A stretch of DNA of 64,000 nucleotides, from contig CM060733.1 in NCBI GenBank assembly GCA_030704615.1, positions 26,040,001 through 26,104,000 of the forward strand. The letters are read 5' to 3'. How positions within the stretch are numbered: position 1 is the stretch's first letter; every line of letters begins with the position of its first letter. The notes beneath the pieces are model-generated. The model worked only from the letters and a program-made list of their open reading frames with translations, was not told where the DNA came from and made no database searches. A program made the position numbers and the translations under genes. The stretch comes from Takakia lepidozioides (Eukaryota; Plantae; Bryophyta). Below are positions 37,401 through 51,800 of the stretch, piece by piece.

Positions 37401-38080
37401 TATTCTTTGGGGGCCCTGATGACCGGGAAGCCCTTGCCTATGGCTGCCGCATGGCGGAGCACCCAGGTGTCAGACTCCATGTGTTTCGATTTTTGCCTGA
37501 CACAGAAGAAGGAACTGGGTATGTTGGGATCAATGTGCGGCCCCCTTCACTGCCTGAACTAACGGAGCTGGTGAATCCTAGAATCTCAACGAGCGCAGGT
37601 CGTGCTTATCACTTTGCAACGCAAGGGATGGACCAAGACCTGCAAAGGCAACTGGATGAAGATGTGCTTGCAGTGGTGGGGAGTCATGAGAGAGACAAGG
37701 ATGCCAAGGCTTCCATGAACATCTCATATGAAGAGAGCATTGTTGCAGATCCTATTGAAGCTGTGCTTGAATTGGGCAAGATGAATAGATTCAATCTCAT
37801 GTTAGTAGGCCGGTCTCGGCGTCCAACACCCTTTGTGGCAAGTTTAGCCACCCACCTTGCAGAGTATTCAGAACTGGGTCCAATTGGAGACGCACTCATT
37901 GGACCGCAAGTCAGGGCCTCAGTGCTGGTATTCCAGCAGCATGATCCCACACTGGTGGACCCTGTAGCCAAGTATTCAGCTCCCTCTTCTAAAATCTTGG
38001 ATGCTGCACCGACAGCCAAGTCTCCAGCAGCATCCCAAGTCGTGGATGCTGCATCTGAAGGGAATCTGAGTCCAGTTTGA
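34434..38080 (+). CDS. CHX: Cation/H+ exchanger (CPA2/CHX family), ~853 aa; exons 34434-34625, 35006-36007, 36528-36938, 37124-38080
   Basis: NGVWQGDNPIHFALPL, PLKQPRVIAEI, ITAFPVLARILAE, AAAVNDVVAW, MNTKGLVELIV, FFGGPDDREAL and ELGPIGD; all introns GT-AG, phase 0. Confidence 0.95.
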
Positions 38081-38769
38081 CAATCAATCACTGTCTAATT
38101 GTTCATATGTACAAAATACAGAACCTTGTTATTTGGTCAAGTTGCTAAATCACCAGATCAAGCCAGGCATGACCCTGCAGCAGTCCTAAATATTAGTTAT
38201 TCTCGACATTGGTGCGTAGAACTCTACGGCTGTTGCTTGTGGTCTCTTCAAGCCTGCGAGTAAACCAATCTGCACTTCAACAGTTTCTCCATTGAAACTG
38301 CTAAAATTGAGGACATTGTGTTCCAGCTTCTCTCACTACTGGAACAACTCTTTGGGTAAACTTGTTTTGAGGGTGTTTTGCCCCACCTGAAAGATTTATT
38401 TGAAAAGACTGTTGGTGGTATCTTACTTGCTGAGTCAATTATACACTTACTCTCCACAATCATCCTCACAACAAACCTTGAATCACAATGTCTGTTCATA
38501 CACCTTGGCAAGACCTGCTGTAGAAAGGATGTACTTGCCAACTCTATAATCATCTACTAAACATTGAAAATCGTTGGCGTGGAGATTACTATCTCGCATA
38601 CTTGTCGTTGGGGAAGCATTTTGCAAACATGTCTGTAGGGTAACATAGAACTATTGATAACAGACAGAAGTCAAACTTAAATCCTTGTGTCATCGGACTC
38701 CACTTCATCTTGCTCAGCCATATCGTCAAACACTCCCTTGGCATCCACCTTGGTGGCCATGAAGAAGGC

Positions 38770-41760
38770 GGAACGAAAGAGCCAAGGCAAGTCGGTTTGA
38801 CTTATCCACTGCACGATGACTACACTGCAGAAGCTTTACGAACAGCATTAGGTGAGCACCCCTTGTTGATCTGGGACCAAAGGTGCATGCTGACATCAGA
38901 AGCTGGAATTACATCAAATGGGATTCCGAACAATACCCTCCTGCGAAATATGGAAGTATCCCATTTCTGTCAGATAACAAGCATGCACGCTGGCTGATAT
39001 GTTGGTGCAGAATTAGCAGAATTCCAGAAACTGGTGTTGGTCTACGCAGGCATCAGCTGTACTTTGCACAGGAAGGTACTAAGATAGAAGACTGCGAGGT
39101 AGAAGCCAGGGTAAAGCTCTGTTATGTTCTTCAACATCAGTTCTGTCACCGCAGTCTTGAATGAAGTCTGAGCTTTTTGAGGGTAGAGCAAGTTCAGAAA
39201 CTGACAGCGAGTCATGTGGGTTGATACAGTCAGCCTGCGCATTATGAACAGTCTCCAATGAAGCTTGAAAGTTGAAAGGTGTCTAATTACTTGGCAGCTC
39301 AGTGTCAGTCTCTTATTGTGCTGACATGTGGTACATAGACTCTGGGGCTTCTGTACATCTTTTTCATCACATGGAATGGATCAATGATTACGAGGAGATT
39401 TTACCCATGAAGATTTACATGGGAGATAACTCAATTCCAGAAAGCTGTTATTTATGACAGTGGGAATAAAAGTCACTCATAAAGATTCTTTCATAGAAAA
39501 CTTAGTGATCTTTTCTGCGTTCATGGGCTGGCCAATAACCTTTTATTTGTGAGGAAGACAATATCTCAACGCTACAATATTGAGTTTGGAAACACTATGT
39601 GCATAGTGAAGAACAACAAGAAGCTGATAATAGTCGCACATGGAGTTCACAAGAACCGACTCCACCAGCGCTACGATGTAGCACAAAGATGAAGGTGGAG
39701 AATGTGCAACTTATAAGTACAAGAGGATTGGACACCAATCAAAGTATTGATTTGTGGCATCCATGAGTGGCTGACCTTGGTGTTGAAAATGTCGAACCGA
39801 TCTTATAGTAAAAGCTTGTAAATGGGCTATTTATAAGTAGTAAGGCAAGCCAAGGTTATGTGTTTAGTAAGCAACACATAGAGCCTTTTCCAAAGTAGGG
39901 GGCATCAAGAGCGAGTGAACTAACTGAGACTAGTGAGTATAGTTCACTCTGATGTTTAGGGACCAACCAAGTCTTTGTTTTTTAGTGGTCTTAGATATTT
40001 TGTGACGTTCACCGATGATCTCTCTTGGAAAGTATTTTGCTACTTCATGAAAAGCAAATGAGAGTGCTTCACAAAATCAAGGAATTCAAGCCATTTGCTA
40101 AAAGTCAAAGTTGAAGATTATGAGGAGCGATAATGATGGAGAATGTACACTTCCAAAGAATTCAAGAACTTTATCATGGTATCCTTTAACATCAACCTTC
40201 TGTTTACATACCCCCCAACAAAATAGAGTTGTTGAGAGGGCTAATCGAACAATCGTGGAGTTGGTGAGATGTATGTTGTACAGCCAACAAAAGTTAAGCC
40301 TGAAGTATTTGGGCAAAGATTAGTATGAGCATGACAGTCTATCTGAAGCAAGAAGTCCTAACAAAGTGATCAGTAAGAGGAACGGCGACAGATGAAGCAT
40401 GAAGTGGAAAGAAACCCTCGGTGAATCATCTCAAAGTTTTGGGTTGTGAGGCCCATACACATAGGCCACCTCAAGCAAAAACCAAGCCTGAACCAAAGAG
40501 TACCAGTTAAATGTGTATATGTGGGGTATAGCTTGGATTCTAAGGGATACAAATTGATTGATGAGATGATCTGAAAAATTGATTATCAGTCGACATGTGG
40601 TTTTCAACAAAAGATCCATTTTTAACAATCATTCCAAAGATATCACTTTAGAGGAATTTGACGATGAGACAGAAATGATTGTAGAATCTAGAGTTGTTAC
40701 GGGAGATTTGGAGCCTAACGATGATGAGAATAATGATCCTCAACTCAAGTCAGATTCTCATATTCTTTTAGACTCCATTGTCCCATACGATTTCAAAGTC
40801 ATCGTCCCAGTTTGCTCCATCATCGCTACCTAATTTGTTGCAAGACACTGAGATCTAGGAGCAACACCAACCTATGGTGAGAATTTCAATCACACTTCGG
40901 AGTGCACCTTCAAAGCTTATTCATTTTTCTGTGCTGCAGTTGTGGAAGAGCCACGAACGCTTATAGAAACTCTTCAAAGGGAGGATGCAATAGAGTGGGG
41001 GCAAGCAGCAAATTATAAGTATTCTTCTCTCATGAAGGATGACACAATATGGGAGTTTATGGAGCTTCCTTAAGGGAGAAAGCCATTGATAACAAGTGGG
41101 TGTTTAAGCTCAAGAGGAACACCAATGGAGAGGTTGCAAAGAAGATATAAGCCGAGGTAGCAGTCAATTATTACTCTCAAACTGGAAGGATACATTGCAA
41201 AGAAACTTTTGCTCCAGTGACAAAATTTCCTTCTATTTGAATAATGTTGAGTATTGTAGCTATGCACGACTTGGAGATTCACCAAATGGACGTAAAAGAG
41301 GTCAATGAGGATGTATACATGTTGCAGTCGGAAGGATATGAAGATACTGAGCAAAAATGGCTAGTTTGCAAGCTTTGTAAAGCCATCTAATATAGGCTTA
41401 AGCAAGCACCAAGGGTTTGGAATGAGAAGATAAATAGTTCTCTCATGAAAAATTAGTTCAGAAGATGTCAATCAGATTCAAGCACTTATGTGCAGTCAAA
41501 ACAAAAAAATCAAAGTGGCGTTGCTCTGACTTGTATGTAGATGATTTGCTCATCTTCAGCAAAGATCTCAAGGTGATCAACAAGGTCAAGGAGTCTCTCA
41601 CCACAGAGTTCGAAATGAAAGACCTAGGAGAGCTTGATATTAGCAGACCATCAGTCTTGGTCAATCTCAATACATAACAAAAGTGTTGAATCGTTTTGGT
41701 ATGGAAGCGTGCAAACCTCTCAATACACATGTGGATGTTATTGGCAGGTTTTGCAGAAGC
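38770..41760 (+). mobile_element. Degenerate Ty1/Copia internal region
   Basis: Order protease (WYIDSGAS, ~39329), integrase (RSDNDGE, TPQQNRVVERANRT), RT (LYVDDLLI, FEMKDLGE); many stops; LTRs not resolved. Confidence 0.85.
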
Positions 41761-42739
41761 CAAGAGGAAAGAACAGAAGAAGATATGGCTCGAATGGAAT
41801 GAGTCCCTTACCAAGAATTGTTCTCTCAGCTTTATGTTCCATCAAACGCTCAATTATTCCTACAAGAATCTTGTTCTTCCACAATACTTTCTTCACAGCA
41901 CTGTGAGACAGTTCGTTCAGTGTAGATCTTATTGTTCTCGAACTTGTATTCTACTATCTAGTTTAGTCTTGGATTTGTAAGAGAGTAGATATGGCGGATG
42001 TTAACGATTGAAGGTGTAAGAGATGAGCTTATGGAGTTGCCAAGATCCTTGATTGTAGGAGTAATTTGGAAACCATGTACTATAGGATATGTACAATGTC
42101 ATAGAATGGGGTCATATGTATATTTGGGAGGTTGAATTAGATACAATGTGCAATGTTGAGAATTCCATTTCACATATAGAATATTCTCAAAGATACTCTA
42201 TTATCATTCACAAAGTTATTTAATTTCACATAATCAATTTCCAAAATTTTCAACAATCTTTGAAATATTTTGTGTCGAAACGGCCCCTATAGTACGGTAT
42301 CTCCAATTGTCCAATCCAAATCAAAGTGTTGTTAAATTTGAGATCGCTTTGCATATTGAAAAGTAGTCAATGATTGGACTAATTTTAGATTTTGGCCTGT
42401 GGTGGACGGTTTAGAGTACATAGCCTCTAAATGAATAAGGAGACTCCCAATCCACGTGACATTGTTGGATGTACATATGACAATTTTGAATGGTCAAAAT
42501 TAAGAACGATTTTTTTATCATCCCAATAATAGTTGATCGGCCATGGGAAGGTTTTAAGTTTCCTAAGTGTTTTGCCAAACGTCGACCTTTGCACTCCAAC
42601 AACCTCTTGTCCACTCCCACAACCATCTTCGCTAGTCTAGGGCTGACAGAACAAAAGACCCGTGGCAAAATCATTTTAGGCGGTGGACAAAGTTTGTTTC
42701 AATTTATCGCATCATTCCAATGAGCGTCCAAATCAAATA

Positions 42740-43582
42740 CACTACAACAGATCGTGGTATATATGACTGTATATATGACTATTCTGTAGTCATAAACGGT
42801 ACATATGACTTCTATGTCTGTAAGTCGTGCAAACCAAGTCAATACAATGAGTACAGGATGGTACGGTCCGGATGACTACAGTCATATGAACCAAGTGATA
42901 TCTCTCACTGCAGTCATATATACCATACTGCAGCCGCCGCTGCCGCGCAACGTGGCGAGGCGCAATTGATTTAAAAAATTAAATTAAATTAAAACAACTA
43001 AAAAAAGAAAAACATATGTCAAACGCCGTGTCGCACCGCATTGTGCCACGTGGCATAATGCATTTTATAATAATGAAAAAACCACGTGGCAGTCCATATA
43101 GGGTACCACGTACTATCCCTAGCTCGCCTACTAACTCTAGGACCATCTTATCTATTTGATTGTACTTAGAGGAGTTTGAACCTGCAACCTCTTTACTATA
43201 AAAGTTATAGTTCACTACCTGTTAACCAATACACCCATTAGTCATTCATATGATTATATGGTGTTTTAATTGTATTATATACATCAAATTACAAAATCCC
43301 CAGTAGTCATCATGACTATGTAACCTCATCCATGTACAGTCATGGAAATGACTATGAATGGTGAGCTAAATCTGGTCAATTGCCGTTGACCAGCCTTCCG
43401 CCCATTCCAGAGCCATGTAGTCATACAGACGACTATTTAGATAGTCGTTCATATGACTACAGTCGTATGAACGAATGCGGGAGGTCAATTTCATATAAAA
43501 ACATGGTGCTGTCATGGTCAAAGTCATGAAAACCATGACTACCACGGTTTGGCAATCATAACTACCGCGATCTGTTGTAGTG
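42740..43582. mobile_element. Non-autonomous CACTA element (843 bp)
   Basis: TIRs CACTACAACAGATCG / CGATCTGTTGTAGTG, 3-bp TSD ATA on both sides, ATGACTAC/GTAGTCAT subterminal repeats. Confidence 0.92.
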
Positions 43583-44379
43583 ATAACAGTCCCAAATTCT
43601 GGCAGGGGTTATTTCTGAAGGTCGAAGAAAAAAAAAACAATAGAGCGGCCAATGGAAGGGAGGCTATGCTGCTGGAATGGCTGATTTGTGAGGCCTACAA
43701 TTGTCTCCGTGGTTATGGATTGTGCCTCTTTGATACTGCTATTTCTGCTGTTTTAGTGTTAATATCCCCCGGTTTTGGAGTTTGTGTTTTTTGTGGAAGT
43801 GTGGTGCCCTTGGCTGTTGTGGGCTTTGTGCGCATTTTGTTTGTTGTTATCAGTTCTCCACTACACCCTCTCTTTTCGGGCTCTACGAAATCTGTCAACT
43901 AAAGGTCTCTTTGCTGCTCGCGCAAGTTGTGGCCCTTCTTTGATTTCAAGCTTGTGGTTTTTATCGATACTTCCCGCCTTCATCTGTTTTGTCTCTTGTA
44001 GGAACTATCCCATTGGCTTCTTTGTTCCCTTCTTCTCCACCTTTCTCTCTGCCATCTTCATCACCTTTCTCCCTGATTTTGTTTTTTTAATGAGATGCTT
44101 TCTGTGTTTATTGCAATTCGGTCATTTCCGTGCCTGCCTCATGGCTTTCAAATGAGACTCTTCCAAGATGGGAAAATGGGGTGGCTTTGTCAAATGTTCC
44201 AAAGGCAGGGCAGAGTGGGGGGGGGGGAGTCTCGAGGCCAAAGAGACGTGCTTGTTTTTGATATTCCAGCTTCTTTGCTTCCCTCTTTACTTGGGCACGG
44301 TCCTAGTCTTGCTGCATCTGACGCTCCCATTGTTGACGCGGAAGAACTCTTATGGAGTCTGTCTGGTGCTGACGAGTCT

Positions 44380-45937
44380 TAGCCCATAGTCAAGCTGGAT
44401 GACGAGTGTTTCAAGGCAAACACAGCCCTCATGGAAAAGAAAAGAATCCTCATTCACTTCCCTGGCCACCCAAGAGACAGGCTCTAGATAAGGTCGTGGA
44501 TTACTCAATATCTTGGCAAAGAGGGGACGACCTCCAGTAACAATTTTGTCATTTGTTTGGAAGAGGATTCTTTTTAGTTCTATTCTCTTCCCCCGACACA
44601 GCGGCCAAGGCCCTTAAGTTAAACACACAACATTCTCATTGCCGTGTGTACATCTTCCCTTGGTCTTCCAGCTGGGGGCCATAAGGGTGGTGTTTCGCAT
44701 AAACCCCACATTATTATCCAAAATGGACCTTATTTGGTATGAAAATAAGCCCCTGATAGACCTATAATTTGACCCAAGAGAATAGAGATGCATCTCAAGA
44801 AGAAATAGCCTTTCTAAAGTTGCCTACTCGGCTAAGCTCGGATATTCACTTCTCCATCCTTCTCGCCCCATAGCTCAAAAATGGGAAAAGAAATGAACTG
44901 GTATAATCTCTGCTGGTACTGACTGGTTGGCGGTTTGGACAGATGTCTGACAGAGCAATCGTTCGAGAAAGCTCTCAGGTTTTCTTTGGTGACTAGCTCA
45001 TAGGATTCTCCCCAGCTTACATCTCCGACCCCCATCTCAACTGCATATTATGTTCTTTTAAATGACCTTGTCAAAACAATGGAACATGGACTCTTCCATT
45101 GCCACATTGTAGAGACTACATGGTCAAAGATCTGTGCCTTCTATGCTCCTCTGAAAATTGCTGATGTGGGTTCTATCTCCATTCATCTGCTCAACCTGCA
45201 GAGAGGGAGGATATGACATAAGTGCCAAGTCTAGTCCTCACTTTGTTCACTTACCCTTTGGCATATATGGAAAAAACGATGTGCCGATTGGTAATGATGG
45301 TGACTTCCCATGTGTGTAGGCTATGCTTAGGAAGATTTTTTTTTTCTGTCGTTGGGTTGAGGGGAAGAAAGCCTAGGGCTATATGTTTGCAGCTGTTTGC
45401 AGATGTTTTGAAGAGAAACGGACCCAGTTACTTCAAGAATTCGATTGAATGTGGGGATGACGCGACATCATTTGTACCAGAAGCGGAAAATAATGCACTT
45501 TCCATCATGCCGTCCCCGATCAATGGTGGCATGTCTAGCCCCTAGCCCTCGCCACTGGATTTTGAAGAAGACATCAATTTGGAAGCATAAGAAAAACAAG
45601 AACTCGAAGATCAAGGCTCATCTAAATTTTGAGGCCATTCGCTCTAAGAGTTAGTCCCTCTATAGTTTTGCCTTTGTGTCAGGTTTTATAGGTGGCAGAC
45701 TACTCGTCCTAGATTTATGTCCTGGTTATCGTTTCTGTAGCCTGGTCCTTAGTAGTTGATATTTCGGTGAACCATGGCTAGGTTTCTTTGCTTCCCATTG
45801 GGCCGTGGGAGGTTTTGGGAGGTTTCCCACGATTGTAATGCCATATGCCTCTTTACGAGGTTAATTTTTTTCGTCCTTTAATTCGACTAAAAAGGCTCGG
45901 CTCCCTTTTTATTGATAATAGATAAATAAATAAATAA
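44380..45937 (+). mobile_element. Degenerate LINE-like remnant ending in an A-rich tail
   Basis: The 3' end tttaattcgactaaaaaggctcggctcccc+(ATAA)n resembles 30570-30638; the upstream coding remnants are heavily decayed. Confidence 0.4.
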
Positions 45938-48267
45938 TGGTACCTATTGGCAATTATCTTACATGGCAGATAACTTTGAATGTGAGTAGCTCCTTCTATT
46001 GAGGAGATTGGTTCTTTTCACTGTCTATCAGTCGTGTGCCTCATGGTGGCTTGGGGGTTTAATCTTTTCTCCCTAATAATTCCAAATAAAGTTTCCGAGA
46101 GCCTTTCATCCCGGTTAAAAAAATAAAAAAAAATAAAAAAAACTCTTGAGTAGCTAAATTAGAGTGTTTTATAATCAAGCTAAAAATATCAAATAAGCGT
46201 AAATTGTGGCGTCACTTCATGCGGAAGACTACTACATCCTCCTTCTAATGGCCATAACTGGGCCGCTGCCCCCAAAAGACTTGAAAATCCAATGACACCA
46301 TAAGTTATGCTTGCTTCTGTAAGAGTCTTCCTTTGATTGGTTAATCCAGCGCCAAGAAATATTACATATAATTTTACGTTATATATATATAATAAATAGT
46401 AACTAAAAGCATCCAACAAATGGTCCGATGTAGGCTGCCTTGCCTCCAAAGCCACACATGTGTAAGTATATTAGATTGGGCCAACATTTACTCCAATACA
46501 TATAATATCATATTTTTATTACTCGATTTGTTTTTTTTTAAATGAACAGGGGACAAAGGCCATGAAAACTTTATTTGAAGGGGCACTACTCGATTTATTA
46601 CTATCCATTTTTGTATAGTGTGAATCACTTCTTAGTATTGCATAATAGTCAATATGTAGAGCAGTTTCATTCGGCGCTGATTCTAGAGTGGTCCAGGAAT
46701 TAGCGTGGTCCATGAGTTAAAAGAGGGGGCCAATGTATTAAGGCCACTTGTATTATTTAATGAAATGAAGGGTCCAAAAATTAAGGATTGACTTTCTAGC
46801 GTGGGCTTTCTAGATAGTTCTAGTTCTAGTTGATTTTCCAGTTTCTAGATAGTTCGACTAATATGTCGGTCCGGTGAGAAGCAACTAACTAGTTGCTTGT
46901 AACTTGTGTCTTCAACATGCTGGCACAGGCACTAGTAGCGTGTCTCACCAGTGGTTTAAGAGCCAGAGCCAGCGTGAGTAGTTGTTTGCTATGTTGGGGG
47001 TCGGGCTAGGTATGGCAGGTAGGATCAAAGTGGCTGCAAGAGGGAAAGACAAGGTGGCGGAGGGTGCAGAGAAGTTCATAGAGGCAAGTGTTACTATCGG
47101 TGTGGGTGGAGCAGATATCGACGTCACATCAGGTCACCTTTATTCCACTTGTTCACAGACTACCATGCATTTTAGTGACTGGTGGCTTCCTGTATAGCAA
47201 CCTCCAGTAGGTTGACTCTCAGTTCTCATTTCTGCAACTCTTGCGTTACCCACTTTTCAAACTTTCTATACTTTACTAATAAAGTTTGACACTCGACCAT
47301 CCTCAATATGTAGAGCAGGTAGTCAAAGAAGAGAGGTGGTGGCTTTTTAGGTCTCTTGCTTGGCAGACCTTTTTGCAGGGCATTTGTTTTACAGGCATCC
47401 CTGGTCAGAATTGAGCACCTACTCTATTGCGCAATGGAATATGGGCCGGGGAGATGGCATTCTGCCCGGTCGCCTAAAAAACGCATCGTGCCCGGAAAGT
47501 CATCTGCCGGCGTTTACCCTGATGTGTGAAAAATACAGATAAACACTAGTATATTAACCCTAATCGACCAGATTATGGTTGTTGGTTAGCCTCTTTCGCT
47601 ATTGTTACTGCTGATCCCAAAAATACTACAAAATCAATCTCCAACACAAGAAGATCTGGTGGCGGAGTCCAGTCCTCCGGCTCGGCACGTACAGGTTCGC
47701 CTTGCTCCGCAGCCATGGCCAAGGCCCATCAGGTTTGGCCCGAGCCTGATATGGCCATGCACTTATTGCATGCATCAGGAAGTGGGTCTTCTTGCCTGCA
47801 TGTGTGGACAAATCCTGATTTGACGACCGACATCCACAGCATTGAGCTCCGAAATTTTATTAAAATGTTCTACAACCAAAGCCTTCAGAGCTTGCAAAAC
47901 GAATAAAATGGTTGAGGCCAAGTATACTTCTTGATCATAGTACTGGGGACAGGCCACTTGAGACTAGCTAGCTTAAATTCATTAGCTGCAGTAGACTAAA
48001 GTGTCAATTACATATATGATCCATTGGCGGTGCTCTCACCAAGATGATGAGGACTCTTGACATGAGTGACCTCTGAGTGACGGGATTACAACCACCCTTC
48101 CATCATCAGAGACGTATCGTCTTTCTCCCACATCCTGCCCAACCACCTCTGCTGACAATTCAACAGGTTGTGAAACCAGCTCACTAGCAAATTAAAAACA
48201 AACAATAATCTTAGCAAGTGCATCTTATCTTCATAAACATGACTGATACTGAGAGCCCCCCATATGT

Positions 48268-48845
48268 GCAGGTATTTCACACAGAGTCTTGATTCTTTTT
48301 TGTTTCAAAGGTAAGAAAGTTGTTTGTGTTGTGCATGACGATGGTGTGACGGTCTTTTTTTGCACGACTCCAAGTGGTTGGCCATACCAGGACTCTCATT
48401 GCACGCACCTGACAAATGAGTATACCGAATACATCTTTTGAAACCACTTTGAAGGGTTCACAACTGACCTCGCTGAAAGTTTCCATAGCAATCGCGGAAA
48501 CTGCTTTCTCATAAACAAACTATGAACTCAAAATTGAGCGGGTTTTACGAAATGCTAGAATTAAAAACCTGAGAGCTGACATATCTGGTATTTCACAGAA
48601 TCTGATTCTATTTTGTTTCTAAGATAAGAAAGTTGTTCGTATTGTGCATGACGATGGTGTGACGGGGTTTTTTACACGACTCCAAGTGGTTGGCCATACC
48701 GGGACTCTCATTGCCACACCTGACAACTGAGTATACCGAATACATCTATTGAAGCCACTTCGCTGAAAGTTTCCAAAGCAATCACTGGAAAAACCCATTC
48801 CATAAACAAATCATGAACTCAAAATTCAATGGTCTTTTACAAAGT
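48268..48845. repeat. Diverged tandem duplication, ~317-bp period, ~2 copies
   Basis: ggtatttcaca...gtgcatgacgatggtgtgacgg...cacgactccaagtggttggccatacc occurs twice. Confidence 0.85.
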
Positions 48846-51800
48846 AATGCTCTAATAGAAACTTGAGAGAAAATCATCAGATTGGCCTTGCTAGAGCTTC
48901 TCCTACTTGCCACTCCATCATTTGGGACCCACTTCAAGTCTATAATATCTGGAGCCCCCATTCCACGCGGCGATTATCTAGTTGGTAACTTCACCAACCC
49001 CCAACTTCCCCTTGGTATAGTTTTTTTTTTTTTTTTTTTTTTTTTTTGGCTCTCCTCCCAACCATAGAAGCCTTATGATCAAGAACGAGATGATCGGCTT
49101 CTCCCCCGAGCTCAGAGTTTATACAGTGCAAGAGGTTCACCTCTTGAGATCTCAAACACACCTGTTTAGATCTATCTGTTCAAATCTAGAACCAAGGGTC
49201 TTAACTGTTCAGACCTCCTAGATGCTACTAACTAATAGTAACACCTAATCTGAGTATAGACTAACTACTTCTTCTACACTTGGGCCCTACCTTCCAGTAA
49301 CTTCAAGGAATGAACCTCTTAGCGACCACCCCAGAATTCACGAATTTGCTTTGGAGGCTTATTTCCACTATGTAGGTGGGCTTCTGCCTTTGCATCCCTC
49401 CTTTTGCATATAACATTGTATACCCGCAAGTCTGATCTGAAACTTAAGTAAGCTACAGCCAATATCCTTCCATTAATTGAAGCACATAGTATCCATAGAC
49501 ATGGTACCACAGAGGGAGAGAGCTCACGGGAGTATTGGGGCGAACATCCTTAGCTTTGAAGCTTTCAATCCTCAAGTCCAAAAGCTTGAGAATTACTTGG
49601 GTTCTATGAGGGTTGGGATCCTCGTCATCCAACTTTTCCAATCATACCTATTGTCAGCCATGCACAACCCATTCATCCATTCATATGTGTCAAACAAATT
49701 GCTTCGTTGAAGAAGTTGAAGTGCTCAAATTTTGGCGTACATGTTTTGTGTTAATTTTTGTATTCTGTCAATCTGATAAACTTTGCGGAAACTTTGTGGG
49801 TTATTTTATTTTATTTTTATATTTGGGTGAAATATTGAATCATTAGAGATCGCATGAAATCTATGAAAAAAGTAAGCAAGATTGTGATAAAATGTATCGA
49901 TTATGGAGTATGCATTGTAGTGCTTAATGTTGATGGCATATAGGGAAACATTTCCTCTATATAAGTAAAATGGTTGTCCCCTAAGTTCCAATAATGAATA
50001 TTCTATGGAGTAGCTCATTCTTTTTCTTGTGGTTTAAGTTTATATTTCAATTAAAATTTGGAACATGTGATAATATCATCAACACATAAATATAGTCACT
50101 CCATGAGTCTCAAACATAGTTAATTTAAAAAATAGAACCCAAATTAGAGCAATTGATAAGAAGATACGCCCATCTGAGTACCTAAACATCTGAAAACTTG
50201 AACAACTATTACAGATCTGCTGGGGCCAGACCACAACCCCCTTAAAAACATTAGAGTCTCGAGGCCACTATAAGTCTATCACGCTATCATAGTTGTTAGA
50301 AGTGTTCCAAGCTATAGCACACTAAAAACATATACTGTAGGGATTGCCACATGTGCTATGACTAGGCCAAATGACAAATCAAACATGTAATATGACAAGT
50401 GTGCATGGAGGTTAGTCAACATCGGAATAGGATCAATATTTTTTCGGGATGAGATTCGTGATGTGGATGGAACCTCAAAGTGGATGGACGAAATAGCTTC
50501 GCACACTTGGTAACTTAGTGTAGTGCAGGTCAGTCTCCCATTGGCAATCAGGATTCTTGCTTCACACACTATGGTGACTCGCTAGCGCAGGTCACTGTTG
50601 CATGAGATGACCCATAACAGCAAGATTAGTAGGTTTTAAGTAAGTTTTAACTTATGAGGTATCTTGTCCCGAAAGATTCTTTAAAAGATATCTTATGTCG
50701 CAAGATACCCCTTGTCATTGTTTGTAGTACTAGCACGTCGGAGTCAGACTGAGACTAAGTAGGGAACGTCCCGTCCGAGCCAAAATTCACAGCCAGCCAG
50801 CCCCCTTCGAATTATGGTCAGTTTAGAGAAACTGCCCGAAAAGTGGAATACGCGAGCATCCTGCGACCTACTCGAACGTTCGGCTCGTCCCAGACTGTCG
50901 GCCGGAAGAGACGAACAGGCAGGATCCTCAAATCCGGGAAAACTCTCGGGTTGATATAATCCGGTTCTATGGATGAGCTGGTTTTTTCATCCGTGAGGCA
51001 GCATCCGTTCACATCAATTCACTTTTCATCCCCTTGTGAGAGTCGACTTGCCGCTGACAGTCAGTAGTGAGAGGGTAGCGCAGCACACCCGCCATTATGG
51101 CGGGTGAGGGGGCGGTGAGCCCGGAGGTGGAGTAAAAGTGCTGTGACAGCACGGCGAACTGAGAGACTGAGCAGGTTTGAAGGACGTGCATTGGAGGCTT
51201 TCTCGGCATCTCAACAGGCATGGCGTCAGCCTGGCGCTTGCTCTAGAAGCTTCAGCAGGACGCATACGGAACTTGGAAGCTCAATGGTTCGCCCCACTGT
51301 AGCTTCCAAGCAAGACTCACAGTCGACATTGCAGATTGCGTTGCAAGAATCCCTCTACCGGGACTCCTTTTGTACCAAGTTAGCTGGCTAGCTATTAGAT
51401 GCCCACCGCAGTATCCGATCAGTTTCAAACTAAAAAGTAGATCACGATTCAAGGAGGAAAGTTTTGTTTCATGTGGCAGTGAATACACAGTAGTGATGGA
51501 TCTACGAACTTAATGGGGAGCTTATCAGTGTTCTTACAAGTAAATGGAGTTTGGCATTCCGCGTGCGCCATAGCTCTCATTACTATTCTACTCCTCATGG
51601 AAGAGCACCTTGAGGCTTGCAAGAAGACAGCCCATGTGTTGGAGAACGGGTTATCTAGATTGGTGTATCCATCTACCTACTCTCGTGAGTAATGGATTCG
51701 ACTACAGCCTACCCTGGAATTATTTTGTGCCCGAGTAGCTTTCAGCTAACAATTAAGAAGGGTTAACATGCTAACGGATGTGCATTTACGTACGTATCTC

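Noticed and set aside
50730-51250. CpG-rich island, possibly a TE fragment
   Set aside because: No termini, TSD or protein motif recognised
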